Shown in pieces: positions 49,211-59,327 of a stretch of DNA of 64,000 bases. The stretch lies in assembly GCA_963662615.2 (NCBI GenBank), contig CAXXSR010000001.1, forward strand, positions 1,312,001-1,376,000. The letters are read 5' to 3'. The DNA is from Dehalococcoidia bacterium. Its GTDB lineage: Bacteria; Chloroflexota; Dehalococcoidia; Bin125. The notes beneath the pieces were generated by a model that had not been told where the DNA came from, ran no database searches, and worked only from the letters and a program-made list of their open reading frames with translations. How positions within the stretch are numbered: position 1 is the first letter of the stretch; every line of letters begins with the position of its first letter. Made by a program: the position numbers and the translations under genes.

Positions 49211-49416
49211 TTGACCCGCAAAGCCAGGATCGCGCGCTTGAGCCCCTCATCGCCAATCTCTACCTGAACTTGGATCACGCGGAAGCGATCGTGCGCCCCC
49301 CCACGGCTGAATAAGAAGGTATCGCCCTTGCTCCAGCGGTAGTCGGTGTCCAGCGCGTCGATGATCGATAGCCGCTTTTCGGTGAACGCGTCGGACTCCC
49401 AGATCTCGGTCAGCAC
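49207..49416 (-). CDS. Small hypothetical protein, 69 aa
   Basis: GAGGGGG RBS before the GTG; ATGA overlap with the UDG gene. Confidence 0.55.
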   Translation of the reverse strand: MLTEIWESDAFTEKRLSIIDALDTDYRWSKGDTFLFSRGGAHDRFRVIQVQVEIGDEGLKRAILALRVK

Positions 49417-49511
49417 AGCCCCCCTCGCTTTCCTGCGCCGCCATGCTAGCGCCGCCCGCGCCGGCCCCCGCGCCACACCGTGTGCCACAATGCAGCCAGA
49501 GGGCCAACGCT

Positions 49512-50006
49512 GTGTCCAGTCGCACGGAATGGTTGCTCAAAGCGCTCTACGAGGCTGCCGGCGAGCTGCAGTCGCAACTGCTCGACGTCGGCGAGTCCGT
49601 CGCCTCGCTGCGCCCCCAGCCGGACGACCTCTCCCCCCTGCAACTGGCCGGCAGCATCCGCGATCACGAACTCGTGACCGCCGCCCACCTGCAGCAGATC
49701 ATCTTCGCGCGCGCCACCACCCTCAAACGCCACGACCTTGAGTGGCTTGAGCCCGAGCCCAATTATCACATGCTCTCGCTTGACCGGCTCGCCGCGGAGT
49801 ACATGGCGCTCCGACGGCAAACGTGCGGCCTCCTCTGGAGCCTGACGCCGCGCCAATGGCGGCTCCAGGCCGATCATCCCTTCAAGGGCACGGTGAGCGT
49901 GGAGCAGTTGGCCGTCGCGCTCCATGAGCACGACTTGGAGCACATCTGGCGCACGAAACGCTCGGCCCAGGCGCCGCTCACGCCGCAGCCCGGCGGCGGG
50001 CGCTAG
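49512..50006 (+). CDS. DinB family protein
   Basis: G.IRD.E and HEHDLEH motifs; helical composition. Confidence 0.7.
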   Translation: MSSRTEWLLKALYEAAGELQSQLLDVGESVASLRPQPDDLSPLQLAGSIRDHELVTAAHLQQIIFARATTLKRHDLEWLEPEPNYHMLSLDRLAAEYMALRRQTCGLLWSLTPRQWRLQADHPFKGTVSVEQLAVALHEHDLEHIWRTKRSAQAPLTPQPGGGR

Positions 50007-50016
50007 GAGAACAAAT

Positions 50017-50040
50017 ACGGCCCGCCGTACGGCGGGCCGT
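50017..50040 (-). terminator. Terminator hairpin between convergent genes
   Basis: Perfect 24-bp palindrome ACGGCCCGCCGTACGGCGGGCCGT, followed by ATTTGTT on the minus strand. Confidence 0.7.
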
Positions 50041-50073
50041 CCCACGATCTGCCCTCTGCGAGTGACCCGCCGG

Positions 50074-50457
50074 CTAGCAGCAGGAGCGCGCCTGCGATGC
50101 CCCGGAGCTGTCCGCCGTGTCAAACGACGTGCCGCAGGCGCAGCTCTTCACCGCGTTGGGGTTGCTGATGCTGAACCCCTGCTTCATCACGTCGTCCACA
50201 TAGTCCACACGGGCGCCGTTCAGCATGGGCGCGCTCTCCGCGTCCACCAGGAAGCGAACGCCCCCCTGCTCAATGACCGTGTCACCGTCCTCAGGCTCGG
50301 TCGCCAGCGCCATCCCGTACTGGTAGCCGCTACAGCCGCCTCCCACCACGAAAACGCGCAGCGCCCCCTCTTGGACGCCCCGATCCGTCAAGAGGGCGCC
50401 GGCCTTCTCGGCGGCCAGATCCGTAATCTCCAGCAGACTGCTGATTTCCATAGCCAT
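50074..50457 (-). CDS. iscA: A-type Fe-S cluster carrier (IscA/ErpA/HesB)
   Basis: GGGCSG.QY, NPNA..SCACG.SF. Confidence 0.9.
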   Translation of the reverse strand: MAMEISSLLEITDLAAEKAGALLTDRGVQEGALRVFVVGGGCSGYQYGMALATEPEDGDTVIEQGGVRFLVDAESAPMLNGARVDYVDDVMKQGFSISNPNAVKSCACGTSFDTADSSGASQARSCC

Positions 50458-50696
50458 CGACGTGCTCCTCTACTGCGGCTCGCCCGGACGGGAGCCGCCA
50501 AAGCCGTTGCTGTCGTCGCCCCCTCAGTCTACCGACTTCCGGCTCAGAGCGTCTATCCACGCCGCGCCTTACGCTCTGACCCGTGGACCGCCTCTGGCCC
50601 GCCCCCGCAGCCCTGACACGCCCGGCAGCCTTAACACGATAGCTTTGATAGAGGATCGACGGCTTTCCCTCTGACAACACCATCACCTCGGAGCCA

Positions 50697-50732
50697 AGCC
50701 GGGCCCTTAGCCGGGCCCTTAGCCGGGCCCTT
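50697..50732. repeat. 3 x 12-bp tandem repeat AGCCGGGCCCTT
   Basis: Visible directly in the iscA/iscS divergent intergenic region. Confidence 0.9.
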
Positions 50733-50837
50733 AGCCCCGCCCTCTCCCGCGCGTATCGAGGGGCGAGCAGATGTATGCTGATCCTCACGATGCGTCCATC
50801 GCGCCGCGGCCGCTGAACCGCCCGCACCGGGAAACGC

Positions 50838-52007
50838 ATGTCTGACCGCATCTACCTCGATCACGCCGCCACGACGCCCCTGGACCCGCGGGTCGTCGAG
50901 GCCATGCTGCCCTACTACAACGAGTTCTGGGGCAACCCTTCTGGCATCTATCAGGAGGCGCAGGCCGCTCGCAAGGGGCTCGACGCCGCCCACGAACGGG
51001 TCGCCGCCGTCCTCGAATGCACTCCCAATGAGATCCTCTTCACCTCCGGCGGCACCGAGTCGGATAACGCTGCCATCCGCGGCGTCGCGGCGGCCCGCTC
51101 CCACGCCGGACGGCACATCGTCAGCACCACCATCGAGCACCACGCCGTCCTCCACACCCTGGAGGCGCTGCGAGAGGAGGGCTACGAAGTCACCCTCCTC
51201 CCCGTCGATTCGGAGGGCTTCGTCGACCCGGCCGCCGTGCAGGACGCCGTCCGCGAAGACACCGTCCTGGTCACCATCATGACCGCCAACAATGAGGTCG
51301 GCGCCATTGAGCCCATCCCGGACATCGCCCGCGCCGTCAAGGAGAAGAACCGCAAGACCCTGATCCACACCGACGCCGTTCAGGGCGTCGGCGCCGCCGA
51401 CGTCCGCCCCGACGTCTTGGGCGTGGACCTCCTCTCCCTCACGGCGCACAAGCTCTACGGGCCCAAGGGGATCGGCGCGCTCTTCGTGCGACGCCGCACC
51501 CCCTTCGTGCCTCTCATCGTGGGCGGCAGCCAGGAGCGGGAGCGACGCGCCGGCACCGAGAACGTGGCCGGTGCCGTGGGCCTGGCGACAGCCCTGGACC
51601 TCGCCTACCGCGACTTCGACGCCCGCAACGCCGACTTCCGCTCCCTCCGCGACCAGCTCTGGCGCGACCTCCGCGAGCGCGTCGACCGCGTCGTCCTCAA
51701 CGGCCCCGCGGACATGGACCGGCGGCTGCCCAACAACCTCAGCGTCTGCTTCCCCGGCGTGGAGGGTGAGAGCATCCTCCTCCAGCTTGACCTCGAAGGC
51801 GTCGCCGCCAGCAGCGGCTCCGCCTGCACCACCGGCTCCAGCGAGCCCAGTCACGTCCTCACCGCCATGGGCGTCGACGCCGATCTCGCCCACTCGGCCC
51901 TCCGCCTCACCGTGGGCACCGACAACGACGCCGATCAGCTCGCCCGGGTCAGCCGCCTCCTGCCCGAGATCATCGAACGGCTCCGCGCCCTGTCCCCCGT
52001 CCCCTAG
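50838..52007 (+). CDS. iscS: Cysteine desulfurase (IscS/NifS)
   Basis: YLDHAATTP, TSGGTES, AHKLYGPKG, SSGSAC. Confidence 0.93.
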   Translation: MSDRIYLDHAATTPLDPRVVEAMLPYYNEFWGNPSGIYQEAQAARKGLDAAHERVAAVLECTPNEILFTSGGTESDNAAIRGVAAARSHAGRHIVSTTIEHHAVLHTLEALREEGYEVTLLPVDSEGFVDPAAVQDAVREDTVLVTIMTANNEVGAIEPIPDIARAVKEKNRKTLIHTDAVQGVGAADVRPDVLGVDLLSLTAHKLYGPKGIGALFVRRRTPFVPLIVGGSQERERRAGTENVAGAVGLATALDLAYRDFDARNADFRSLRDQLWRDLRERVDRVVLNGPADMDRRLPNNLSVCFPGVEGESILLQLDLEGVAASSGSACTTGSSEPSHVLTAMGVDADLAHSALRLTVGTDNDADQLARVSRLLPEIIERLRALSPVP

Positions 52008-52144
52008 CCTCCCCAGCCCTCACGGCTCCACGCCCTTTGGCGGCGACGCGCCCCGCTGCTATGATCGTGCCGCGCTTCACAACGTGACCCGTCGCTGAGC
52101 GCCCGGCCGCCGGACTCGGCCCAACGGTCGAAAGGTGTGTCACC

Positions 52145-52855
52145 GTGGTGGTTGGTGAGCAAGGCGCCGCCGTTCCCGTGCTCCCCCTGGAGCCGGTCCC
52201 CGGCGTTGAGTCCGACCTGCGCAGCCAGCTCCTCCTCGGCAAGGTCGATCACCTCCTCACCTGGGCCCGACGCTCCTCCCTCTGGCCGGCGATGTTCGGC
52301 CTCGCCTGCTGCGCCATCGAGATGATCGCCACGGTCAACGCGCGCTACGACATGGCGCGCTTCGGCGCCGAGATCTTCCGGGCCTCGCCCCGCCAAGCGG
52401 ACTTGATGATCGTGGCGGGCACCGTCACCTGGAAGATGGCCCCCTCCGTGCGCCGCATCTACCTGCAGATGCCGGAGCCCAAATGGGTCATCTCCATGGG
52501 CTCGTGCAGCAACATCGGCGGCCCCTTCGCGCACGGCTACAGCACCTTGCCGGGGGTGAACAACGTCATCCCCGTCGATGTCTACGTGCCCGGCTGCCCG
52601 CCCCGTCCGGAGTCGTTGCTGGCCGGGCTCATGCTTTTGCAAGACGTCATCAAGGAGGAAGGGCTCAAAGGCGAACGCCGCCGGCCCGAGCCCACCGGCG
52701 ACTTCTCCCAGATGCTGCCCGAGGGCGACCCCATCCGCCGCGATCTCGAATCGCTCTTCCCGCCCTATCTCAGTAAGGACGGCGAGCCGCGCGATCCGCT
52801 GACCGGCGCCCTCCCCCAGGACCGCAACTTCCTCTCCACACGCGAGGGCCGCTGA
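52145..52855 (+). CDS. nuoB: NADH-quinone oxidoreductase subunit B
   Basis: [27 protein letters not shown]. Confidence 0.93.
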   Translation: MVVGEQGAAVPVLPLEPVPGVESDLRSQLLLGKVDHLLTWARRSSLWPAMFGLACCAIEMIATVNARYDMARFGAEIFRASPRQADLMIVAGTVTWKMAPSVRRIYLQMPEPKWVISMGSCSNIGGPFAHGYSTLPGVNNVIPVDVYVPGCPPRPESLLAGLMLLQDVIKEEGLKGERRRPEPTGDFSQMLPEGDPIRRDLESLFPPYLSKDGEPRDPLTGALPQDRNFLSTREGR

Positions 52856-53340
52856 TGACCTACGGCGTCGGCATTGGCAAAGGGCTCCTCACCACCCTCA
52901 AGCACTTGGGCCGCACGCCCGTCACGGTGCAGTTCCCCGACGAAGGACGCACCATCCCCAAGCGCGCCCGCACCAACCTGGTCTGGTTTGTGGAACGCTG
53001 CACCGGCTGCAGCACCTGCGCGCAGGCCTGCCCCGACGGCTGCATCTTGGTTGAGACCGAGCCCCGACACGACGGCTCCTACCTCGTCAACCGCTACGAG
53101 ATCGACTTCCGCCTCTGCATGTACTGCGCCCTCTGCGTGGAGGCCTGCCCCTATGAGGCGATCCAGGTCGGCGGCCCCTACACCGACGTCGTCACCAACC
53201 CGGACGATCTCTATAAGGACAAGGACGCCCTCATCGGGCTGGCCAACGACTACCTGGAGAAGAACGACTGGGTTTATCCCAACGGCCAGCCGGCTGTACG
53301 GCAAGAGGTCCACGCCGCCGAGCAGCGTCAGCACCACTAG
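52855..53340 (+). CDS. nuoI: NADH-quinone oxidoreductase subunit I
   Basis: T.QFP, CTGCSTCAQACP, CMYCALCVEACP. Confidence 0.9.
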   Translation: MTYGVGIGKGLLTTLKHLGRTPVTVQFPDEGRTIPKRARTNLVWFVERCTGCSTCAQACPDGCILVETEPRHDGSYLVNRYEIDFRLCMYCALCVEACPYEAIQVGGPYTDVVTNPDDLYKDKDALIGLANDYLEKNDWVYPNGQPAVRQEVHAAEQRQHH

Positions 53341-53367
53341 TCGGCTCGGTGCGGCACGGAGCAGCGC

Positions 53368-55947
53368 ATGGCCACGATCACCATCAACGACCGCCAGTTC
53401 GAGATCGACGCCGGACGGCCCCTGGTCGAAGTCGTCAAGGAGTCCGGCTTCTACATCTCCAACCTCTGCTACATCGACGGCCTCCCCCCCTACGCCGGCT
53501 GCCGCACCTGCGCCGTCGAGGTCGAGGGCGTGCGTGGCCTTCCCCTCGCCTGCACCACCACGGTGCAGGACGGCATGGTCGTCCGCACCGACACTGCCGC
53601 CGTCCTCCAGATGCGCCAGGAGGTGATGGCCTTCATCCTGGCCAACCACAGCGACCGCTGCCTCACCTGCCACCGTGTGGAGCACTGCCGCACCGGCGAG
53701 ATCTGTCTCCGCGACAACGAGGTCACGCACCGCTGCGTCACCTGCTCCAAGAACTACCGCTGTGAGCTCCAGACCGCCTCCGACCTCGCCGACGTCGGCC
53801 GCGCCAACGTGGAGCCCTACCTGGACGAAGACCGCACCTACTACCAGTGGCAGCAGCCCCAGCCCGACCGCGCCAACCCCTTCTTGGAGTTCGACCCCCA
53901 GATGTGCATCCTCTGCACTCGCTGTGAGCGCGCCTGCGACGACCTTCGCCACACCACCGCCATCACCCTCGCCGGCCGCGGCTTCTCGACCCGCATCGCC
54001 TTCGGTTCCGGCGGCGCCATTGACGACTCCAACTGTGACTTCTGCGGCGCCTGCATCGACGTCTGTCCCACCGCCACTCTGATGGAGACACCCAACAAGT
54101 GGGTCGCCCGGCCCGACCGCTGGGTCCAGACCGTCTGCACCGAGTGCTCGCTCGGTTGCTCCATCCAGTTGGGCGTCAAGAACGGCCGCGGCGTCATCGT
54201 CCGCCCCGGGACCGGCAACGACGTCAGCCGCGACCAGATCTGTGTCCGCGGCCGTTACGGCTACGACCAGATCCGGGACAAGCACCGCCTGAAGCTCGGT
54301 CGCCTCGGCCGCGGCGAAGACGCCCTCGACGCCGAGCCCGCCGCCGTGCTCCAGGACGCCGTGCCAAAGCTGAGCGCCGTCATCCAGCAGCACGGTCCCC
54401 AGGCCGTCGGGCTGCTCGGCTCGGGCCAGGCCACCAACGAGGACAATTACCTCGTCCGTCGCCTGGCGGAAGTCATCGGCACCCCCAACCTCGACGCCAG
54501 CGTGGGCTGGGTCTGGGGCGCGGTCACGGAGACGTTGGTGGCCGCCTTCGGCGACGAACACCTCCCCAGCCGGCTCACCGACGTCGAAACGGCCGACACC
54601 CTCGTCGTCATCGCCGACGACCTCAGCGCCAGCAACAACGTCCTCGGCGTCCGCGTCAAGGACGCCGTCGTCAAGCGCGGCGCTCGCCTCGTCAGCGTCA
54701 GCGCCCGCCGCAACCCCATCGACGATTTCGCCACCGTCGAAATGCGTCCGCACGGCGGCGATACCGCGGCCACCGTCCAAGCCATCGTCACCGAACTGCT
54801 CAAAGATCAGGGGCTGCGCGATCGACTCGCGGACGTCGATGGCCTGGACGCCATGCCTCCGCTGGATGCACCGGGTGCGGCGGACGCCGCCGCAACATTG
54901 ATCGCCGGCAAGGACGGACGCCTTGCCATCGTTGTGGCCCCGTCGCGGCACAGCGCCCCGGCCGCGGCTGCCCAGACCCGCGCCGCCGGCAATCTGGCCA
55001 TCGCGCTCTGCGGACCGGACGCCGCCCCCTCCTGCCTGCACGTGCTATCCCCGGAGAACAACGCGGTGGGCCTGAGCGACATGGGCGTCTTCCCCGGCGA
55101 GGGCGGCCTTGGCGTCATGGACATGCTCGCCGCCGCCCGCGACGGCCGCCTCAAGGCGATGATCATCGCCAAGGACAACCCCGTCCTCAACCTTCCCAAC
55201 CGCCGCGACGTCAACGCCGCGCTGCAGGCCCTCGACCTCCTCCTCGTCATCGATCACGTCCCCACCGACACCGTGCAAGCGGCGACCCACGTCCTGCCGG
55301 ATGTGGCGCTGCAAGCCAAGGACGGCACTATCACCAACGCCGACCGCCAGATGCTGCGCCTTCGCCCTGCCTTCCGTCCCCAAGGCTCCGCGCGCCCCGC
55401 CTGGCAGCACCTCCAGGAATTGGCGCAGGCGCTTGCCGCAGCTCTCGGCGCTGACGCGCCCCCGGCCTACGACAGCGCCGCGGCCGTCATGGAAGAGATC
55501 GGCGCCGCCAACCCCAACTACGCGGAGGCCCGCTACGCCCGACTCCTACGCGGCGCCCGGCAGCCGAGCAACGGCTCGTCTCCGGCGGGGCGATCCTTCC
55601 AGCCCGTGCAGCCGCTGCCCACCGCCGGCGACGGGCTCACGCTTCTCACTGGCCGCGACCTCTACACCGACCGCGAATCGGCCGCCATCCACCTGCCCGA
55701 CGCCGATCGCCTCCATCGCGGCGAGTTCCTCGAGATCCACCCCCGCGACGCTGCCGCCCGCAACATCGCCGACGGCGCCACCGTCAGCGCCCGCGCCAAC
55801 GGCGCGGCCGTCTCTATTACCGCCAAAGTCTCGGAAGATATCTCGGAGGGCGCCGTCTTCGTGCCCATCCTCTGGAACGGCGGCGCCGTTCAGGAGCTGC
55901 TCGGATCGGACTCCGCCGTCCCCACCGTGGACGTGCGAGTGGAGTAG
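53368..55947 (+). CDS. nuoG: NuoG-like / FdhA-like multi-Fe-S protein
   Basis: 2Fe-2S, His-ligated 4Fe-4S, 2x4Fe-4S and CxxCxxxC motifs; molybdopterin-fold body with no catalytic Cys/Sec. Confidence 0.7.
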   Translation: MATITINDRQFEIDAGRPLVEVVKESGFYISNLCYIDGLPPYAGCRTCAVEVEGVRGLPLACTTTVQDGMVVRTDTAAVLQMRQEVMAFILANHSDRCLTCHRVEHCRTGEICLRDNEVTHRCVTCSKNYRCELQTASDLADVGRANVEPYLDEDRTYYQWQQPQPDRANPFLEFDPQMCILCTRCERACDDLRHTTAITLAGRGFSTRIAFGSGGAIDDSNCDFCGACIDVCPTATLMETPNKWVARPDRWVQTVCTECSLGCSIQLGVKNGRGVIVRPGTGNDVSRDQICVRGRYGYDQIRDKHRLKLGRLGRGEDALDAEPAAVLQDAVPKLSAVIQQHGPQAVGLLGSGQATNEDNYLVRRLAEVIGTPNLDASVGWVWGAVTETLVAAFGDEHLPSRLTDVETADTLVVIADDLSASNNVLGVRVKDAVVKRGARLVSVSARRNPIDDFATVEMRPHGGDTAATVQAIVTELLKDQGLRDRLADVDGLDAMPPLDAPGAADAAATLIAGKDGRLAIVVAPSRHSAPAAAAQTRAAGNLAIALCGPDAAPSCLHVLSPENNAVGLSDMGVFPGEGGLGVMDMLAAARDGRLKAMIIAKDNPVLNLPNRRDVNAALQALDLLLVIDHVPTDTVQAATHVLPDVALQAKDGTITNADRQMLRLRPAFRPQGSARPAWQHLQELAQALAAALGADAPPAYDSAAAVMEEIGAANPNYAEARYARLLRGARQPSNGSSPAGRSFQPVQPLPTAGDGLTLLTGRDLYTDRESAAIHLPDADRLHRGEFLEIHPRDAAARNIADGATVSARANGAAVSITAKVSEDISEGAVFVPILWNGGAVQELLGSDSAVPTVDVRVE

Positions 55948-55957
55948 CCGCCGCTGC

Positions 55958-57067
55958 TCACAAATCCACGGGGATCGCCGAGCCAATGCCGAACGTGATC
56001 CCCGTCGCCGCCAGCCCAATGAGCACCATCCGCCCCCCGGCGTAGAGCGGGTGCCGCCCCGTCAACAGCGACGTCAGCATGCCCGCCAGCCCCAGCATCA
56101 CCGCGCCTGCAATGATGGCGGCCGCCAGCGCCCAGTAGCCCCCGCCCACGATGAACGGCACCACCGGCACGATCGCCCCCAGCGTGAAGGCGAAAAATGA
56201 GCCAATGGCCGCGGCCCACGGCGAGCCCAGGTCATCCGGGTCCAGCCCCAGCTCCTCGCGCGCGTGCGTGTCCAGGGCCAGCTCGGGGTCCTTCATGATC
56301 TCGTCCACCAGCTCGCGCGCCAGCGGCTCGGAGACCCCCTTGCGCCGGTAGATCGTCAGCAGCTCGTCCCGCTCCTCGTCCGGGACCAGCTCCAGCTCCA
56401 GCCGCTCCTTGGCAAGCTGGTTCTCGAACAGCTCCGTCTGGCTGCGCACCGAGACGTACTCGCCCGCCGCCATGGAGAAGGCCCCCGCCAGCCAGCCGGC
56501 CAGCCCGGCAATCAGCACCGCGTCGCTGTGGATGGCGGCGCCCGCCACCCCCGCCACCAAGCTCAGATTGGAAACCAGCCCGTCGTTGAGGCCAAACAGC
56601 GCCGCCCGGAACGTGCTCGCCGCCCCGGCGGAGGCGAAACCGTGCTCCCCCTCCCGCCGCCCCCCGGTAACGTCCAGTTGCGCCAGCGCCTCCCGATGCG
56701 CTCGCTCTTCAGCCGCCAGATCGCCGGCCTCCGGCTCCGCCTCGTAGCGACGGATCTCGGCCAGCTCCGACGCCCGCAGGCGCGGCAGCACCGCGGAGAC
56801 GCCCGCAACCCGGGCCAGCAGCGCCAGCAACCGCACCCGCAGCGACGGGCGCACCGCGCGCTCCACAAGGGAGGGATCGCCCAGCCGCTCGGCCCAGTGC
56901 CCGGCGTGGCGGCGCTCCCCTTCGGCCAGCTCCTTCAGCGCCGCACTGGTATGTGCGTCGCCGCAGATCTCCGCCAGGCGATCGTAGAGCCAGGCCCCTT
57001 CAAGCTCCTCGGCCAGCATCCAGCGCAGGCGCTCGTCACGCGCGCGATCCGTCAGGGGTGCGCTCAC
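55958..57067 (-). CDS. Rubrerythrin-like domain fused to a VIT1/CCC1 iron transporter
   Basis: E..HA..W N-domain; FGLNDGLVSN, AFSMAAGEYVSV. Confidence 0.88.
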   Translation of the reverse strand: MSAPLTDRARDERLRWMLAEELEGAWLYDRLAEICGDAHTSAALKELAEGERRHAGHWAERLGDPSLVERAVRPSLRVRLLALLARVAGVSAVLPRLRASELAEIRRYEAEPEAGDLAAEERAHREALAQLDVTGGRREGEHGFASAGAASTFRAALFGLNDGLVSNLSLVAGVAGAAIHSDAVLIAGLAGWLAGAFSMAAGEYVSVRSQTELFENQLAKERLELELVPDEERDELLTIYRRKGVSEPLARELVDEIMKDPELALDTHAREELGLDPDDLGSPWAAAIGSFFAFTLGAIVPVVPFIVGGGYWALAAAIIAGAVMLGLAGMLTSLLTGRHPLYAGGRMVLIGLAATGITFGIGSAIPVDL

Positions 57068-57256
57068 GTTCGTAGGATACCGGAGGCGCGCGCAACGGCA
57101 TCCTCACACGAGCGCTTCGGCTCCCGACCGGATACCCGCTGCCGCGGCCTCCCCACCTGGCACGGAGCACAGCACCCCGACGCGCTCGCCAAAAGAACCC
57201 GCCGCCGCATCAACGCCGAAGGAAAGTCGCCGGACCCGCTGGGGCGGCCCCGGCTC

Positions 57257-57550
57257 CTAGCTGGCCCGCCGCGCCGCCACTGCGTCGTCGAAGCGAGGCG
57301 CCGACTTCTCGCCCTGCACCGACATCTCCTCGTCGGGGGACCGCATTGCCGCCATCCCGCCGCGCCGCATCGCTTCCACGGCCACCTGAGTGCGGTTGGC
57401 GCAGTTCCACTTGATCATGATGTTGTTCAGATGCCGCTTCGCGGTCGCCAGGGAGACGCCCAGGATCTCGGCGATCTCACTGTTCGTCCGCCCCTGCCCT
57501 ACCAACGCCGCCACCGCCGTTTCTCGCGCTGTCAGCTCTCGACGATTCAT
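57257..57550 (-). CDS. Stand-alone LuxR-type HTH regulator
   Basis: LTARE..V..L...G.TN.EIA..L..S..T.K.H. Confidence 0.85.
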   Translation of the reverse strand: MNRRELTARETAVAALVGQGRTNSEIAEILGVSLATAKRHLNNIMIKWNCANRTQVAVEAMRRGGMAAMRSPDEEMSVQGEKSAPRFDDAVAARRAS

Positions 57551-57748
57551 GCCACGCTTCTCCCCTTCACATCCGCGAACCTTGCGCCACACTCAATCTG
57601 GTTCCACTGAGACGATCCGTTCGGCGTACGACGAAACGCCACGACAACAAACCTAGTCGCCCGTTCGACCGCTCCACATCGCCTACACAGCCTGACCTTC
57701 CGGACCAACTCTTCGTCCCAAATAGCGCTCAGTCTGCGATTGTCAATT

Positions 57749-57776
57749 AAGATTCAATCAAGATTTCGCAAAGATT
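57749..57776. promoter_or_regulatory. Three AAGATT direct repeats at 11-bp period next to a minus-strand TTGACA
   Basis: AAGATT at 57749, 57760 and 57771; TGTCAA at 57741-46. Confidence 0.5.
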
Positions 57777-58045
57777 TGGCCCAGGCCCGATTCTTGGGAT
57801 CACGAAGGCACACCACCCCAACGGTGATCGAACGGACTGCAACCATGCGCGGCTGCGCCGCCATGACGAGCGCACGCGTACGCACTCCCGCAGCGCGGTC
57901 GCTACTGCCACGGCGCCGCTGCCACAGCGTCGCAGCCACGACGCCTCCCCAGACGACGCCTGTCGCGTCGATTCGCGGACTGTGCGAAAGTGCAGACAGC
58001 GCCCTGGCGCGGGAATACCGGCCGGAAAGCTTGAGACGTCAACGT

Positions 58046-58924
58046 ATGGGCACCCTGATAAAGCTCGGTCTGCCCAAGGGCTCGCTGCAGGATTCCACCA
58101 TCGATCTCCTGCAACGGGCCGGCTATCACATCGACCTGTCGGACCGCTCCTATTTCCCCTCCATCGACGACCCCGACATCAGCTGCGTCATGTTCCGCGC
58201 CCAGGAGATGGCGCGCTACACCGACGACGGCGTCCTCGACTGCGGCATCACCGGCCACGACTGGGTGTTGGAAACCGGCGCGGACGTCCACGAGGTGAGC
58301 GAACTCCTCTACAGCAAGGCCACCGACCGGCCCGCCCGCTGGGTGCTGGCCGTTCCCAACGACAGCGCGGTGCGAGAGACGTCCGATCTGGCCGGCGGAA
58401 TCGTGGCCACGGAGCTGGTCCGGGTCACGCGTGACTTCTTTGCGGCGCGAAACGTTGACCTCAAGGTCGAGTTCAGTTGGGGCGCCACCGAGGTCAAAGC
58501 CGGCATCGTCGACGGCATCGTGGACGTCACCGAGACCGGCTCCAGTCTGCGCGCCCACAACCTCCGCATCGTCGACGAGGTGCTGGTCAGCACCACCCGC
58601 TTCATCGCCAATCGCCAAGCCTGGGCCAATCCCGACAAGCGCCAGAAGATCGAGGCCTTGAACACCCTCCTCCAGGGCGCCCTTGCCGCCCGCGCCATGG
58701 TCGGCCTGAAGCTCAACGTGCCCCGCGCCAAGCTGGAGCAGGTGCTGGCCGTCATTGGCTCCTTCGGCGAGCACGCCCCCACCCTCTCCCCCCTCGTCGA
58801 TGACAGCTGGGTCGCCCTCGAAATCATTCTCGACGAGCGCAGCGAGCGCGAGATCATCCCCGCCGTGCGCCGGGCGGGCGCCAGCGGCCTGGTCTCCTAC
58901 CCGTTGAATAAGGTCATCTCCTAG
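58046..58924 (+). CDS. hisG: ATP phosphoribosyltransferase, long form
   Basis: GLPKGSL, RAQE, DCGITG.D, GATE, DVTETGSSL, C-terminal regulatory domain. Confidence 0.95.
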   Translation: MGTLIKLGLPKGSLQDSTIDLLQRAGYHIDLSDRSYFPSIDDPDISCVMFRAQEMARYTDDGVLDCGITGHDWVLETGADVHEVSELLYSKATDRPARWVLAVPNDSAVRETSDLAGGIVATELVRVTRDFFAARNVDLKVEFSWGATEVKAGIVDGIVDVTETGSSLRAHNLRIVDEVLVSTTRFIANRQAWANPDKRQKIEALNTLLQGALAARAMVGLKLNVPRAKLEQVLAVIGSFGEHAPTLSPLVDDSWVALEIILDERSEREIIPAVRRAGASGLVSYPLNKVIS

Positions 58925-58960
58925 CGCACGGGACCGCCGCGCTCCGCCGCCCTGGGCGCC

Positions 58961-59161
58961 ATGCCCTATCGCATCAGCCTCAACCGCCACAAGTGCATCC
59001 GGGCCGGCCGCTGCGAGGTGATCGCCGAGGCCATCTTCCGGCTTCCTCCCAACGCCAAAGCGGAGCTGCTCGCCGCCACGGTGGAGGAAGCGGAGCCGGC
59101 CCGCTCCGCCGAGCGCGAATGCCCCTCCGGCGCTATTCGTGTCCACGAAGAATCCGCCTAG
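58961..59161 (+). CDS. Monocluster ferredoxin (3Fe-4S type)
   Basis: CIRAGRC...CPSGAI. Confidence 0.8.
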   Translation: MPYRISLNRHKCIRAGRCEVIAEAIFRLPPNAKAELLAATVEEAEPARSAERECPSGAIRVHEESA

Positions 59162-59327
59162 CCCCCACCAACCCCGGCACGCCGCCAACACCGGGTCGCG
59201 GATTGTCCCCGTTCTCGCCCCGCCCTACCATTGCTCCGCCGCCGTCCCTGCCCGCCCGCTTCGCCCCGCGGTGCTAGGCGCTCCCTCAAGGAGCGCTCCC
59301 TCACAGAAAGAGAAAAGAGGCTCTCGC

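Noticed and set aside
49187-49220. 15-bp direct repeat CTCATTTGACCCGCA as a target-site duplication
   Set aside because: Only 4 bp separate the copies and no element lies between them; probably local slippage at the gene junction.
52765-55041. Long antisense or alternate-frame ORFs (also 5341-7497, 20077-22131, 59301-60848, 14565-15983)
   Set aside because: Shadow ORFs of well-supported genes, expected at high GC; no recognisable motifs.
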